A stretch of 64,000 nt of DNA from Callorhinchus milii (taxonomy: Eukaryota), in contig NW_024704743.1 in assembly GCF_018977255.1 (NCBI RefSeq), forward strand, positions 77,316,001-77,380,000, in the 5' to 3' direction. The notes beneath the pieces were generated by a model that did not search any database, was not told where the DNA came from, and saw nothing but the letters and a program-made list of their open reading frames with translations. The translations under genes were made by a program, and so were the position numbers. Shown in pieces: positions 25,386-38,212 of this stretch; within the stretch, counting starts at the first letter, position 1; the number at the start of each line of letters is the position of its first letter.

Positions 25386-26082
25386 AAATCAAAATCATTC
25401 ACCCCGGGGTGACAAAAAGACAGTGCTCGGCCCCTGAGAAGAACAAACCACTTATCTAGAGATGGGAGCTACCTGTTGCTGTTCCTTTAATAAAGAATGC
25501 TTTCAGGAATATCACAATTGATACCCTCATATGCTTACAGAATTAGCAAGAAATTTGACTAGTTGGTGGACTGTTCAAGGTGTTGTTTCACGCCTGTGAA
25601 AAATCATCCAAGTGACTCATGCATACCGAATTAGTTAGAAATCCCTGACACAAATGTTACTTGTAATGTGGCCTTTATTGGTTTAGTGGTTTAAAAAAAA
25701 ATTTTGCTAACATAGATAATTAAATTGGTATTGCAGTACAACTCAATGACATTTGTAATTCTTGGTTTCTCTATCTGGGAAACCATTAAAGTTATCCCAC
25801 AAATAATATGACAGTCCTAGAGACATTTACATGTAGTGGAATGCCATGTATCGGGCCCGAGTAAGAAATCTGCCTTGTCCATATTAGAATCCACTCATGT
25901 TTTAAATATTAACCACCAATTCATTGGGTTTATTTTACTCTTCTTGGTGTGTGGGTGGCTTGGGCAGACCCATCATTTATTACCCAACCCTTTGATGCCC
26001 TGAGAAGGTGGTGTTCGACCTTCTCTTTAAACATTGCTGTCTTTGTAGCGATTGTGTCTGATTTTCACTGTTCTATGACTAG

Positions 26083-27270
26083 AGGCTCTGGTCAAAGTGA
26101 CAAATGACATTCTGTCCATCTGCAACCAGGATTCTCTCTGCCTCCTCATCCTCCTTGACTTCTCTACTGCCTTCGATACAGTTGACCACTCTATCCTCAT
26201 CCTCCGCCTCTGCTCTCACCTCAAACTTCCCGTCCTTGATCCCCTCCTCTTCAATATCTATATGCTCCTTCTTGGTGACATCATCCGCAGACAAGGGGTC
26301 AACTTCCACATGTGCAGATGACACCCAACTGTATCTCTCTGCCTCCACTCTTGACTCCAGGACCATTGCTTTCCTGACTGAATGTCTGTCAGACATCAAG
26401 TCTTGGGTAAGAGCTAACTTTCTTCAGTTGAAAATCAACAAGACCAAGGCCCTCCTGATTGGCTCCCGTCAGCGCCTCCACACCTCAGGCACTGACAGCA
26501 TTACCATCCAAGGATGCACACTTCACCTTACTAAGCCAGTCCAGAACCTTGGCATCTTGTTTAACCCTCAACTATCCTTTCTACCACACATCCATGCCTT
26601 AACCCACTCTGCCTTCCCCCATTTCCACAACATTGCCCAGTTCTGCCACTGTCTCACATCACAGGCCGCCGAAACCCTGATACACACATTCATAACATCC
26701 AGGCTTGACTATGCAAACTCCCTGCTTGTCAATCTCCCCAACCCCTCCCTCCATAGGCTGCAGATCATCTGAACTCTGCAGCCCGTGTCCTCTCCCGCAC
26801 CAGGCTCCACCTTATCACCCCCATCCTCGCCTGACTGCACTGGCTTCCCATCACACAGAGGATACAGTTCAAGATCCTGTCCTCAATTTCAAAGCCTTCC
26901 ATGGCCTCAGTCCCCACTAACTCTGTGACCTTCTAACCCCCTACCAACCTGCTAGCTCCCTCTGCTCAGTGGGCTTCATGTGCCCCGGCTTGCCCGCCCC
27001 ACCATTAGCAGGCGGGCCTTAGCTTCTCTGCCCCCACTCTCTCAAACTCCATCCTGCAGTCCATCCAGCTCACCCCCTCCCTTGCCTCCTTCAAGACCCA
27101 TCTCAAGACCTTCCTCTTCAACCGTGCTTTTGATCACTCTCCTTCCCCCTCTGTCCTTCACCCTCCCCGATCCCGATCCCCAGCTCGGGTCCGAAACACT
27201 GACTGTTTAGCGTTTTGGGACATCCTCTGATATGAAAGGTGCTATACAAATGTAATTTTGTTGTTGTTGT
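26083..27270 (+). mobile_element. L2 LINE, 5'-truncated, internally deleted, complete 3' tail
   Basis: LLDFSTAFDTVDHSIL, CADDTQLYLS, SRLDYANSLL; tail GAAAGGTGCTATACAAATGTAATTTTG(TTG)n. Confidence 0.95.
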
Positions 27271-27282
27271 AGAGTCATTGTA

Positions 27283-27570
27283 GAGTCCTGTAGCTCAGTG
27301 GTTAGAGCACTTGTCTCGCAAGTGAGAGATCTAGTTTTGATTCCCGGCCGGGTAAAACCTTGGGCAACTTTCCTTACTAAATAAATAAAATAATAATAAT
27401 TTGGTCACTCAACTCACGACTGTTTGTGGTACACTGCTGTTTGCAATCGGCTGCCACAATTTCGCCCACAACTATACAATCAATTCACTTTACAGTATAT
27501 TCTGTGAAGTGCTTTGAGACATCTAGAAGACGTGAAAAGCACTATATCAAATGCACGGATTATTATTATT
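27283..27570 (+). mobile_element. tRNA-derived SINE, near full length
   Basis: A box TAGCTCAGTGGTTAGAGCA, degenerate B box GTTTTGATTCC, L2-type tail and (TTA)n end. Confidence 0.92.
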
Positions 27571-30500
27571 CTCCTAGGGGCTGGGGGGAAGAAAGTGAGG
27601 GGGGTGGTAAGCGGTGGTAAGTGGTAAACGGAGTCTCCTGGTGCCAGCAATGAAATGTCTGGGAGTCATGATGGTCCAGTACTTGAACCACATAAGTTCC
27701 TAGTAATACAGCCATGCTGCCCAGCACACTGCCCTCTGCGGATGGGCTGAGCCCTCTTTAACAGGACAATGATGCAGGTGTCACATTACTGGCCTGAGGA
27801 GAGGGGAACAACTGATGAGTAAGCAATGATATTGCCAATCTCACGTTTGCTGCTGTTTATGCTGTGGAACCTGGGTCGGTCTTGGTGTAAATGGGGTGAA
27901 TTCTACAGCACTTGGAGCCAAGAACATTCTAAGCCATTTCTAATTAAAAGCAATACGAATGCGGCATTAGATTACAACATCACATCAAATAACTGTTTTA
28001 TTCTGAAGGTTCGAATGTCTGAAAGAATCCAAACAGTACAATTGAATAATTAGACTTGCACACATCTAACCATCGGGTTGCATCGTTACAGGATACAGGA
28101 CAATAGCACCGTCTTAAATAATTCTCAGGGGCTCCCCCGACTGTATGTTTACACTCAGAAAGGATTCAAACAAAAAGTTCAAAGCCCCCTGGACTAGTTG
28201 ATTGCTATTTGATCCTTTCTTTTTAGTTCAAAATCCATTTTTGTAGTTCAGCTATGTTTAAAAGGCCTCGATGAAAGCACTTTACTAAAAGCTCCCATCA
28301 AAGAAGCTTGTTAACAAATGGAGTTCATATATAAAACTCTGCTCGCCCGGCACTGTAATTGCACCGACTGCCCTTTGCAGCAGCAAAGTCACAATTCCCC
28401 TCCCCTTCTCTCCCAACAGTAGGCCTAAATCGAACAGAAATCCCAGTCCTCCTGAGGCCTGAAGGCTTTAAAACCGTGCTTTGCTATCAACAGCTACATG
28501 GTAACTAACTGTTCTGACTAAATGGAGGCTGTGAACAACTGCAGGCTATGCATGAAAAGTGATGCCCTCCCATATTGCAGCAGTAACACAATGCTGTTAT
28601 GCAGAAAGGCCAAAACAAACTTCACAGGCAGTGCGGCAGAAGGCATTTGCTCTTGTTTGGGAATTCGCTACCTAAAGCAAAATATCCAGAAAAGCAAGAT
28701 AATGAAGTACTTGGCTAATTCACCGAGGCTCCAGCTGCCTCAGCCAGAGGGACTACAGCTCAGTGAGGGTTAGAGCCCCCACTGCTAGCCACTGGCCCCT
28801 TCAGTACATGTGTAGCCAAAACAACACAGCATAGACATCAAAAGGATCTGAATGTCAATATGTTCAGTTAAAAGACTGCCTGTGAGATTTTTATCATCTG
28901 AAGCATATATTAGTTCTTATATTCCCAATCAAAATATTTTAGTCGGTCATAACCCATTGCCATGGAATGAGGTATACGTTGGTAAAATGGAAAATGCAAG
29001 GGAGGGGGTTTAAAAAAAAGGTATGGGTGTAAAAGTAGTAGATAAAGGGGTAGAAAGGATTTCATTGATGAAACTGCAGAAAATATGTTCAGAACAGCCA
29101 CTGAAGGATGAATCATCACTGTCCTGCAAGTCACTTGAACAGTTCATGCAGCTTTACAGTCAGTACACACGCACTATGCATCATTCCAAAAAAATGAAAA
29201 TGACAAATGGGCTTCGGGGACCACATTGGACTGCCAACACGTTTCCAATGCCAATCACACAAGTAGTTGAATCATAAAAGCGGCTTCATTAAAATGAGAT
29301 TCCAGGCAGGCATTCACGCTTTCCAGGCTCACACAAATTTCTGGGAGTTATCAGGGCTGCTGATCTGGCTGTCCCTGCAAACCTATGTGACTTGTTTTTT
29401 AATGACCATCTATCTCAAATGTCTTTGCATGACAGCTACAGTTTGCTTCAGCTGCAGTTTTAGACTGGCGTACGAGAGATCAGGTTTGTTTTTCATTACT
29501 GCTTAAAAGGCGCTGGTTGGGAATAGAATATCTGGTACAACTTGTGTCGGTAACAATGTGACACCAGGTACACATCGGGGGAGATAAAGTGGAAAAGCAT
29601 CCTTTTTTTAGATCATCACATCCATTTGCTTTGGATTTCAATTCATTTATGGCCATTTACACTGATGCTCAGAACCACAGCTCACCTATTTTGATGGTCG
29701 CTAATAGCTTGCACATGCAGGGTGAAATTTGCGGTTTTATAATGTGTTTGGTGCAATAATTATCACTATTAGAACACACTGTGAAATGCTGCAGGTTTCA
29801 ATCCTAGCAGTGCCAAACAGATTTGCTTTTTTAAAAAAAATTGATGGAGAAGGTCCTTCAGTCACTGATTTAAATCAATGAATGCCTTTCATCTCAGTTG
29901 CACTTTAGTCCTATAATTTTCAATGATTTAACTTTAGAAGGTTACAAATATGTCTAAAGCCAAACAACCAGTTAATCAGTGCCCACTTTGCTTACCTGTT
30001 TCTCCATTAAATCTTATTTCTCTACCACGACTGAAAGTGTGTCCCAGGGGATTCCTTCAGTTAAAAATACTGGAAAAAAAAGGGATGGATCAAAACAACC
30101 CCCAAGGTATCTGTGTGTGTGGGTGGGTCTGTATGTGTTGGGGGTGGCAAAGGTCAAAGAACTGAAAATTTATGGCCAAAATAAGATCCAGTCAGTTTCA
30201 AGGAACTGCTCGTAGCAATGCCCCATCATCTGAAGTTCAAATGGATTGTAACTTTTGTTTTTAGAACGCAAGACAAAATAAAACATATCTCATGTAGCTC
30301 GCTTAAAAAGATCTCTCCTTCTCTAAATAAACAAGAAATTCTACTCTTATGATATTTTTGGAAGTACTGTGAGATAGACCCTGGAGGCTCTTTAAACAAT
30401 TACGGCTGACAGACTTTCTACTTACTTTCCTTGTTTTTCTATACTGTTATGTGTGAGCAAAGTACATTAGAAAATATCTGCTTAAATGTTGCACAAATGT

Positions 30501-31247
30501 TTGGATATGTCGATTAGGAGCGAGCTGTAAGCCAAGCTGAAGCAGTCTGTAAAACAAATGCTAATTTTCCATGTTTTTACTATCATAAAGCCTGAAGGTG
30601 GTCACGGGTGGGTCCTCCCATGGTACACAGAACACCAATGGAAGAGGGGAAGGATTGTTTCTGCCTGCGAGGGAATAGCTCTGACAGTAACTGCAGCAGG
30701 TTGCTGTTGTGAATATAATCCAATGAGCACAATGTGCAGTCTAGTGCACCTTTTCATTTGGCAACCTTTTGAATGAACCCAGCACAGAGCCTAGGGTCAC
30801 CCACTGTAATTCCCAGCAGCTACACAACCTTCAGGGGAACTATAAATGCTGCACTGAAGGCAGGTGGAAAGGCATTTGGAGCTGCTGCCTGGAAAGTTTT
30901 ATCTACTGATCAACGCAATCTGCCAGAGGGCTGATGGGATAGCCCTGATCTGGCATCGGGTTATAGCCACAGCCAGTGCCTAACAGGAAAGAGAGAGATG
31001 GAGGAAAAGGTGGGGGGATGGGGGAGAGAGAAATCAGCTTGGTTAATTCCTGGGAGTCTGCACAACACGCTGAGATCTTGCTTTTTAAGCTCTGCCACAA
31101 AGTTACTGCTGCCCACAGCAGCACCTCTTAATCCTACTGAAAATCTAATACAATCTACCACGTCTTCAAAATATTTGAACAAGCCAAGCAGGGTTCAACA
31201 GAATTCACAAACAGTTTATTTGAAATTAATAATTAGTTGTACTTCTT

Positions 31248-31530
31248 CACATCCCCCGTCTTGCTCGCCCCACTACCAGCAGGCGGGCCTTCCGCCACTT
31301 TGCACCCACCCTCTGGAACTCCATCCCGCAGCCACTCCGTCTCGCCCCTCCCTCGCCACCTTCAAGACCCACCTCAGAACCCTCCTCTTCGACTGTGCTT
31401 TCGATCTCCCTGCTTCCTCCCCTCCCCTATCCCGACCCTCAGCTCGGGTCCGAAACTCAGTCTGTCCAGCGCTTTGGGACATCCTCCTGAAGTGAATGGC
31501 GCTTTACAAATGTAATTTTGTTGTGGTTGT
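31248..31530 (+). mobile_element. L2 3' end
   Basis: LATFKTHLRTLLFDCAF-type terminus; CAGCGCTTTGGGACATCCTCC...AAATGTAATTTTGTTG tail. Confidence 0.9.
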
Positions 31531-32221
31531 ACAGCTGGCTTTTGCTATCACATATTTGGCTAGCCTTTTATTATTTTGTTTAATTCAATTTAAAAGCAAG
31601 GTCAGTGTATAGACCCTATGTATGCAACTTTCTCTACATAATTTGGCTGAAAATTTCACTCAGTAAATTTTATCCAGCCTTTAAGACCATCTTGTACTAA
31701 AACTTAAGATTGCCAACTGAAAAATTCTTAAATTCAGTCTTAATTTGGAAGCCATGTTTTCCACACTTCATAAAACAACCCATTTCCAACTGAGGGCTAA
31801 ATTTGAATGCTTTTCACAAACTACAGAATCTTACATTTTAAGACAAAATGATTTGACAGGTTGAGACAAGGTGGAATTTTGGGCAGATCCGTTGAGTGGG
31901 GACTAATGCAAAGTACCTTGTGCAAAGTGGGTGTTTTCAGCATACAAATTTATATCGACTCTATTTACGTAGTCACACTGTTGGAATTAGCACATTGTAA
32001 TAAGCAAGATTGTGTGCTTAGTGTACATTTATAATACTGCGAATCTTGTTAAAGCAACCACCTTTATTCCACAACAACCTGCTGTCGAAAACCTAGAATA
32101 CTACCGACCAATTGTCCACCTCTATTCAGCAACCACAACGCTTTAACACAACCAGTGCCCAGTCTTTGTTAGCCCTGTCAGTGTACAGCTACCCTTTTCA
32201 ATCGCTAGTATTAAGTAAAAC

Positions 32222-32475
32222 AGCCTCTCTGCCCCCACGCTCTGGAACTCCATCCCACGGTCCCCTCGCCTCGCTTCCTCCCTTGCCTCCTTCAAGGCTG
32301 GTCTCAAGACCCTTTTCTTCGACCGTGCCTTCGGTAGCCCTCCCACCTCTCTGCCTTCCCTCACCCCTACAACACCCCTCCCCCATGCTCGGGCCCCGGC
32401 ACCTGACTGTTCAGCGCTTTGGGACGTCCTCCCGATGTGAAAGGTGCTCTATAAATGTAATTTTGCTGTTGTTGT
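32222..32475 (+). mobile_element. L2 3' end
   Basis: CTCTGGAACTCCATCCC...CAGCGCTTTGGGACGTCCTCCCGATGTGAAAGGTGCTCTATAAATG tail. Confidence 0.9.
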
Positions 32476-32479
32476 ATAC

Positions 32480-32982
32480 ATTTTAAGGGAAATTTAATAG
32501 AGGTGTTCAAAATTATGAGAGGTTTTTGAAAGAGTAGATAGGGAAAAACTATTTCCACTGGCACGTGAGTCAGTAACCAGAGGACACAGATTTAAGATAA
32601 TTGGCAAAAGAACCAAAGGGGAGACAAAGAGACATCTTTTTATCCAAAACGTTGCTACGGTCTGGAATGCACTGCGCGAAAGAGTGGTGGAAGTAGATTT
32701 GATAATAACTTTCAAAAGGGAATTGGATAGATACTCAAAAAGGAAAAAAGTTACAGGTCAATAATAGTAATAATAATCATAATCTTTGCATTTGATATAA
32801 TGTCTTATCACATCTTTAAGACATCTCAAAGCATTTCACAGAATATACTGTAAAGTGAATTGACTATATTTTATGGGAGAAACTGGGTAAAAGCAGGGGA
32901 GTGGGATTAGTTGATAGCTCTTTTAAAGAGCTGGCACAGGTATGATGGGCTGAATAGCCTCTTTCTGTGGTATGATTCTATG
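32480..32982 (+). mobile_element. CR1 3' fragment containing a minus-strand SINE tail (~32760-32880)
   Basis: LRGNLIEVFKIMRGF-type sequence; ends ATGATTCTATG. Confidence 0.88.
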
Positions 32983-33500
32983 ACTTACCGGTAAAGCATT
33001 ACAAATTTCAATGGGTCTGGTTCCAGACTGCTGCTGGACTCCTAGCCCATTTACCACACTGCGCTGAGCAGCCCACAGCTTCCCGTCTCACTGGTGAGTC
33101 GGCGTTGGTCAATGTGCTAGGGTTCTAGTGGGAGACGACACGAAGGGTTGTGGACATTTTTGGCCTGCTGAACTATTTGTAAAAAATGTTGGACCCGCTC
33201 AACAAACCCTTACTCAGAGGCCACTCTTACATAAAGACCAATTTAGTCCAGTCCAGGTTTGACTGTGTGATAATCATCTGTGCATTTGATATAGCACCTT
33301 GTCACATTGTTGAAATGTCTCAAAGCGCTTCTGAGGATTTACTGTTTAGTGTAGTGACTGTATTTGAAGGCAAATGTGACAGTCACTTTGCAATTTGCAC
33401 ACAGCAGTGTCTCACAAACAGCCATGAATTTTATTTGGGGAATTGTTGGCCAGGATTATGTTTCATAACAGATTTTATTCAATATGATAATCTATTAAGA

Positions 33501-33818
33501 AATAATAATAATAATCCTTGCATTTGATATAGTGCTTTTTGCGTCTTCTAGACGTCCCAAAACGCTTCACAGAATATACTGTAAAGTGAATTGACCGTAT
33601 ATTTGTGGGAGAAACAGGGCAGCCAATTGCGCAAAGCAATGTCCCACAAACAGTGATGGATTGAAAATGACCAATTTATTATTGTTTTGTTTTTTGGAGG
33701 GATTATTATTGGGCGTGTGGAGTAAGGAAACTTGCCCAAGGTTTCGCCCTCTGCCTGGAATTGAACTCAGGTCTCTCGCTTGCAAAGCGAGTGCTCTGAC
33801 CACTGAGCTACAGGACTC
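33501..33818 (-). mobile_element. tRNA-derived SINE, full length
   Basis: Reverse complement begins GAGTCCTGTAGCTCAGTGGTCAGAGCACTCG, B box GAGTTCAATTCC, ends (TTA)n. Confidence 0.95.
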
Positions 33819-35423
33819 CGTGTCACATTTATCTCTCAAAGGGTTAAAACAAAGGGCTGTATGACAGGATTTTCTTCCCTTTGTAAAAAGCAATGTGTTG
33901 CTGGACCAGTGTCTGCACCACAGCGTACATCATGGATGTTATTATTTTAGCTTTCATTTCTTCCCCTTCTAACCACCCACTCTTCTCAAGGCATTGTTAC
34001 TTGGCTGGACTCTTTGGTATTATAGCCATGTGTCCATACTTCATATCAGAGCCGAGACACCCTCTCTGACAGTGGTACATACAGGTTAGCAATGGAACCT
34101 TCCAGGGTTGTATGACTCAGTTTGACAGACTGGGGTCTATTAAGCACCCTGTGGAATCTCTGTGCTCTCTAAATAGAAAGTCTTATGATGCAGCACCTTT
34201 GAAATGGATGCGTCAGGTCTATTTGAAATTCAAGATCACATTTATAATCACTACATTTGATACATTCTCCTTTGCGAACATAGAAAAATGGTTTTGGCTT
34301 ATAATAGATCAGCTTTCAGTGAGATAAGTGTCATATGTAACAATGCATACACCCCCAATGCTTAGAATTGCACTCAGAAGTGTTTGATTACAATGTGACA
34401 CGGCAGGGGTCTCCAATCGTTCGATCAGTATTGACTTTTTGGAGGGTCAGATAGTGGTCTGCCAAACACCCACACGAGTCCAGGAAAATCCGTGCCAAAG
34501 TTCCAGTAGCTACTGAGCTGTGATACCCATGGAATAGTCATAAATGAAGAAAGATTCAATGATAAAAAATTATTTGTTGGTCTTTCTGTGGATTATTATT
34601 TGCCCAGCTGATCATTAGCAAGTATACATTTATTGGTATGTATACATTAATGTTCACATTTTAGATATTTATTAATTCTTTCCAACATGTAAAAAATAAT
34701 CTTTTGACACCTTTGAAAATGAGTTAAAACTTTGCTCTATTCTTAGAATACTAGAATAACACTAGATAATAATAATAATAATCCTTGCATTTCATATAGC
34801 GCTTTTCACGTCTTCTTGACGTCACAAAGCGCTTCACAGAATAGACTGTGAAGTATATTTATGGGCAATATGGTCATTGCTTAATTTCAAGAACCTTCTC
34901 CCCACAAAATTGCTTAATCTACCAGAATTGTTTTGTATTATTGTTCAAACCAGACAGACAACAGTCTCCCTTCTTCTACATGTCAAATCTTAAAATAAAT
35001 GAAACTACAAATAATGAGACTAAAACCTATATGTAGATATGTAGGTTGGTGCACATCAATTTTTCTCACAACACTAAGAGAAGGGAAATTGATAATTTAT
35101 GCACATTTATTATCTGTAAAAAAATCATGGCACCACAATCTATGATCTCATCGCCTCCGTTAAAAGATATTTCTTGGTGAACAGATATTTCATGTTACGC
35201 TGACAAGTAGGAGCTATTTTATCTGATGCAGACGTGTTCTCTGCTCCTCCTCTCCATTGCTCACCTTTCACCCCACGACACGTGACACTAGGGCTACAGA
35301 CGTACGATCATTCATTTTTTTCTCAATTTTGCACCCTCCTGCATTGCAAAAAAAACAATGAAATTGTGTCAAATGCATAATGCAAAATATTACAAAAACT
35401 GACAAATATCGATATTTACCAAT

Positions 35424-35546
35424 TACAGAAGTTGCTGGGAACCCGCAGTAGGTCAGGCAGTATCCATGGAGAGAGGAAAACGAGTTAACATTTCAGGTCT
35501 ATGACCTTTAGTCAGAACTTTGCTTCTGCAGTACTTTGTTTTAGTA
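35424..35546 (-). mobile_element. Penelope-type terminal repeat relic with a decayed minimal hammerhead motif
   Basis: Minus strand TTCTGACTAAAGGTCATAGACCTGAAATGTTAACTC...GATACTGCCTGACCTACTG. Confidence 0.65.
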
Positions 35547-35559
35547 TAGGAGATCGATG

Positions 35560-35775
35560 GCTTGGACACTGAGAGAAACTGACTTCTCTTTCCGAATAGT
35601 GCTATGGGATTGTTAACATCCATCAGAACAGGCTGAGAGCACCTCTGGTTTAATAGACCCTTCAACAATAAGGCACACCTCCCAGCACTCCATTGGAGTA
35701 TCAGCCTAGACTTTCAGTTCAAAATCCTGACTTGGGGTTGAATCAACACCCTTCTAACTCAGAGATGAGAGTGTT
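35560..35775 (-). mobile_element. Deu-domain SINE 5' half
   Basis: GAATAGTGCTATGGGATTGTTAACATCCA...TGGTTTAAT (reversed Deu block) and reversed head CCTTCTAACTCAGAGATGAGAGTG. Confidence 0.7.
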
Positions 35776-36299
35776 ACAATCTGAGAGAGTGGAATAGTGT
35801 CACTATAGTACAGTGCCTTTCAAGTCGGGAGGACATCTCAAAGTGCTTCACAGAATATACTGTAAAGTGTATTAATTGTGTTCTATGGGTGAACACATGT
35901 GAAATGCTGTGTGAATGCTGAAGGTACACTGCAAAGTGCCTGTATATTCCATGTTGCGTGTATGTCATGCCACTACTGTAAAAGTATGTGATTATAACTA
36001 GCTCTAGATCTCAATTCCAATCAGTAAATAAAAATATCCTAGAATGGGGAGAGCACCAATACAGTCCTGAGGGAGTACGTGAAAGATCCAATGGCACTAT
36101 GCAAAAAAGAAAGAAGTTTCTCTGTGCCTGGCCAAAATTCACCCAGATAAAATTGATAGCTGACTTTACAGCCTGTTTGTGGAACTGCTGTGTTTGCCTA
36201 CAAAATACACAGTCGCTACACTTCACAGTAAATTCTGTGAAACTCTTTGAGATATTTTGACAACAAGATAAGGTGCTATACCACATGCATGAATTATTA

Positions 36300-36640
36300 T
36301 ACTTTACCTAACTCTAGCTCGTACTCATCATTCAAACACTGTGGATTAACCTTGTTGCTCTCCTGTGCACTGTCTCTAGAACCTGGGCAGCTTGTGCAAT
36401 ACTCCATGTTTGGCACTGTATAGCTTGATAATAACAAGCAGCCCAGTGTGAATCCTCCTGTATCTGCAGGACCCAACAAATGATGAGCCTTGAGAAGGTG
36501 TGGCCTTTCATTCTTAGGTGTAAGGGAAAACAGGAATGAGAATCAACCCAGACAACTCTTCTGCATTCCACGGAGCCTGTTTCTTCAGTGATCCTCACAA
36601 AGAGAAGGTTATCTAGTGATCCTCTCATTCATGGCGTGGT
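36300..36640 (-). mobile_element. Old CR1-group LINE ORF2 fragment
   Basis: Minus peptides VPNMEYC and LETVHRRATRLI resemble the post-RT LEYC...LExVQRRATRLI motif. Confidence 0.5.
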
Positions 36641-38212
36641 GAAGGAAAGCCTAAAGATAGTCAGAAAAAAGAACAAACAAAAGAGATGGGAAACAAATAA
36701 ATACATGAACGCACAAGAAAGGTGTTGCATATAACTGCATAGATTCCCCATTGCATTGCCACTGTTAATTACTCTGAGATGCTACGCTGTGTAAAGGGTG
36801 CTATAGAAATGCTGTAAGTTGTTGTTGTTATCAGTTCTGAGCAACACATCGTTCACTGAAAGGAAAGATTAAAGTGAATACTATCTCAGGGCCTCCAGAG
36901 TCACTCATCCCATTTTCAGATAAGAAAAAGGTGCAGGCTAGGTCACAGTTGAGTTTGTGTTTGGTCCTTATTCCAATCCGAAATACAGCAAAGAAAAATA
37001 AAATCAGCAATGTACCATGCCAACAATGTCCCGTCAGCAATACTGGGACCAATTTGCTTTTACTTTACCAACTTGGATAGCTAGTCAAATCCATACAATG
37101 TTGCGTTGCTGAATATTACAAGCAGCTTTACATAGTAACACAAATGTAAAGCATTCTCTCCATTTGCCAACCACTATGGTGTAATACAAATATAAAGGTA
37201 AGTCATCCCTTCAGATCATAATCTCTTTCCAAGCAAGCCAATTTTATCAGGTTTTTGCCATACAATCATATTAAATAGTAACTACATTCAAGAGTTTGTA
37301 AAATGATAACTGTATTTATATAGACAGGATGGTCACTGAATTTTTGTTCCTCTGCTTTCTGGTTATCCTTTAAAATTGTAGTACTTTCTAAGGGGAACTG
37401 ACAGCAAGTTGAGGCTGATGAGTGCACACACATAATGGTGGAGCAAATGTGTATTGACCAACACAGTTCATTGGCAGCTTGCTGGGGAAAAGTATATGTG
37501 TGCAAGCGAAATATTTGCAAATGTACAGTCTTCTTTCAGTATATTTATAAACAATTTTGTTTGAGCACTGTGAAGGCCAAACTAAATATAGTTTGAGATT
37601 GCCAGCTAATGTTATGCTTTATGATTGCATTATTGGGCGCTTCACAGGTACAACACTGGAGTACTGAACTCAACCCAGTTAATGACCATAAATAATAATG
37701 ACTGCATTCTTCTTTTGTCCCATCTTTTTCACACACTAATCTGCTCTGACAGCTAGCTTTGCTCTTTTATTAACTCTGCGTCAGTCGATGTAATCAGTGA
37801 CAGTGAAGTCAGGCGGCACAAGTTGCATGCAAAGTCTATCTCACCCACACTTACTGCATTGGCCAGTTCCATAGTCAGAGCAAGATATTGCACGCTGAAA
37901 GAAAAGATTCAAGTGAACATTGTTTCAGGGTTTATGGGTTGGCTGTCCCATTTTCAGTCAGTGCAGATATATAAAAAAAAGGTGCCGGAGAGGTCACAGT
38001 TGAGTTTGTGTCGCATCCTTATTCTAATGTGACATACAGTGGACAGAAATAAAATAAGCAAAAAAAGGATTATATGAACTATTAAAATTGGTATGCAGTT
38101 AAGTAAACCCATGAATAAACCCAATAACAATCCTTGCATTTGATATAGCAACTTTTACATTGGAGGATATCTCAAAGTGCTTCACAGGATTTACTCTAAA
38201 GTGTAGTGACTG

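Noticed and set aside
27283..27355. tRNA gene (also at 33745-33818, 45965-46035, 63170-63242)
   Set aside because: These are tRNA-derived SINE heads continuing into SINE body and tail; no proper acceptor stem or terminator seen.
29455..29490. Possible 20-nt micro-exon TTTTAG|ACTGGCGTACGAGAGATCAG|GTTTGT
   Set aside because: Weak polypyrimidine tract and donor; not distinguishable from chance without RNA data.
33040..33160. 5S rRNA-like pseudogene
   Set aside because: Only short words match (TACCAC, TGGGAGAC); better explained as an imperfect fold-back relic.
34404..34714. hAT-type MITE starting CAGGGGTCTCCAA
   Set aside because: Right-hand TIR is only weakly similar and no 8-bp TSD is visible.
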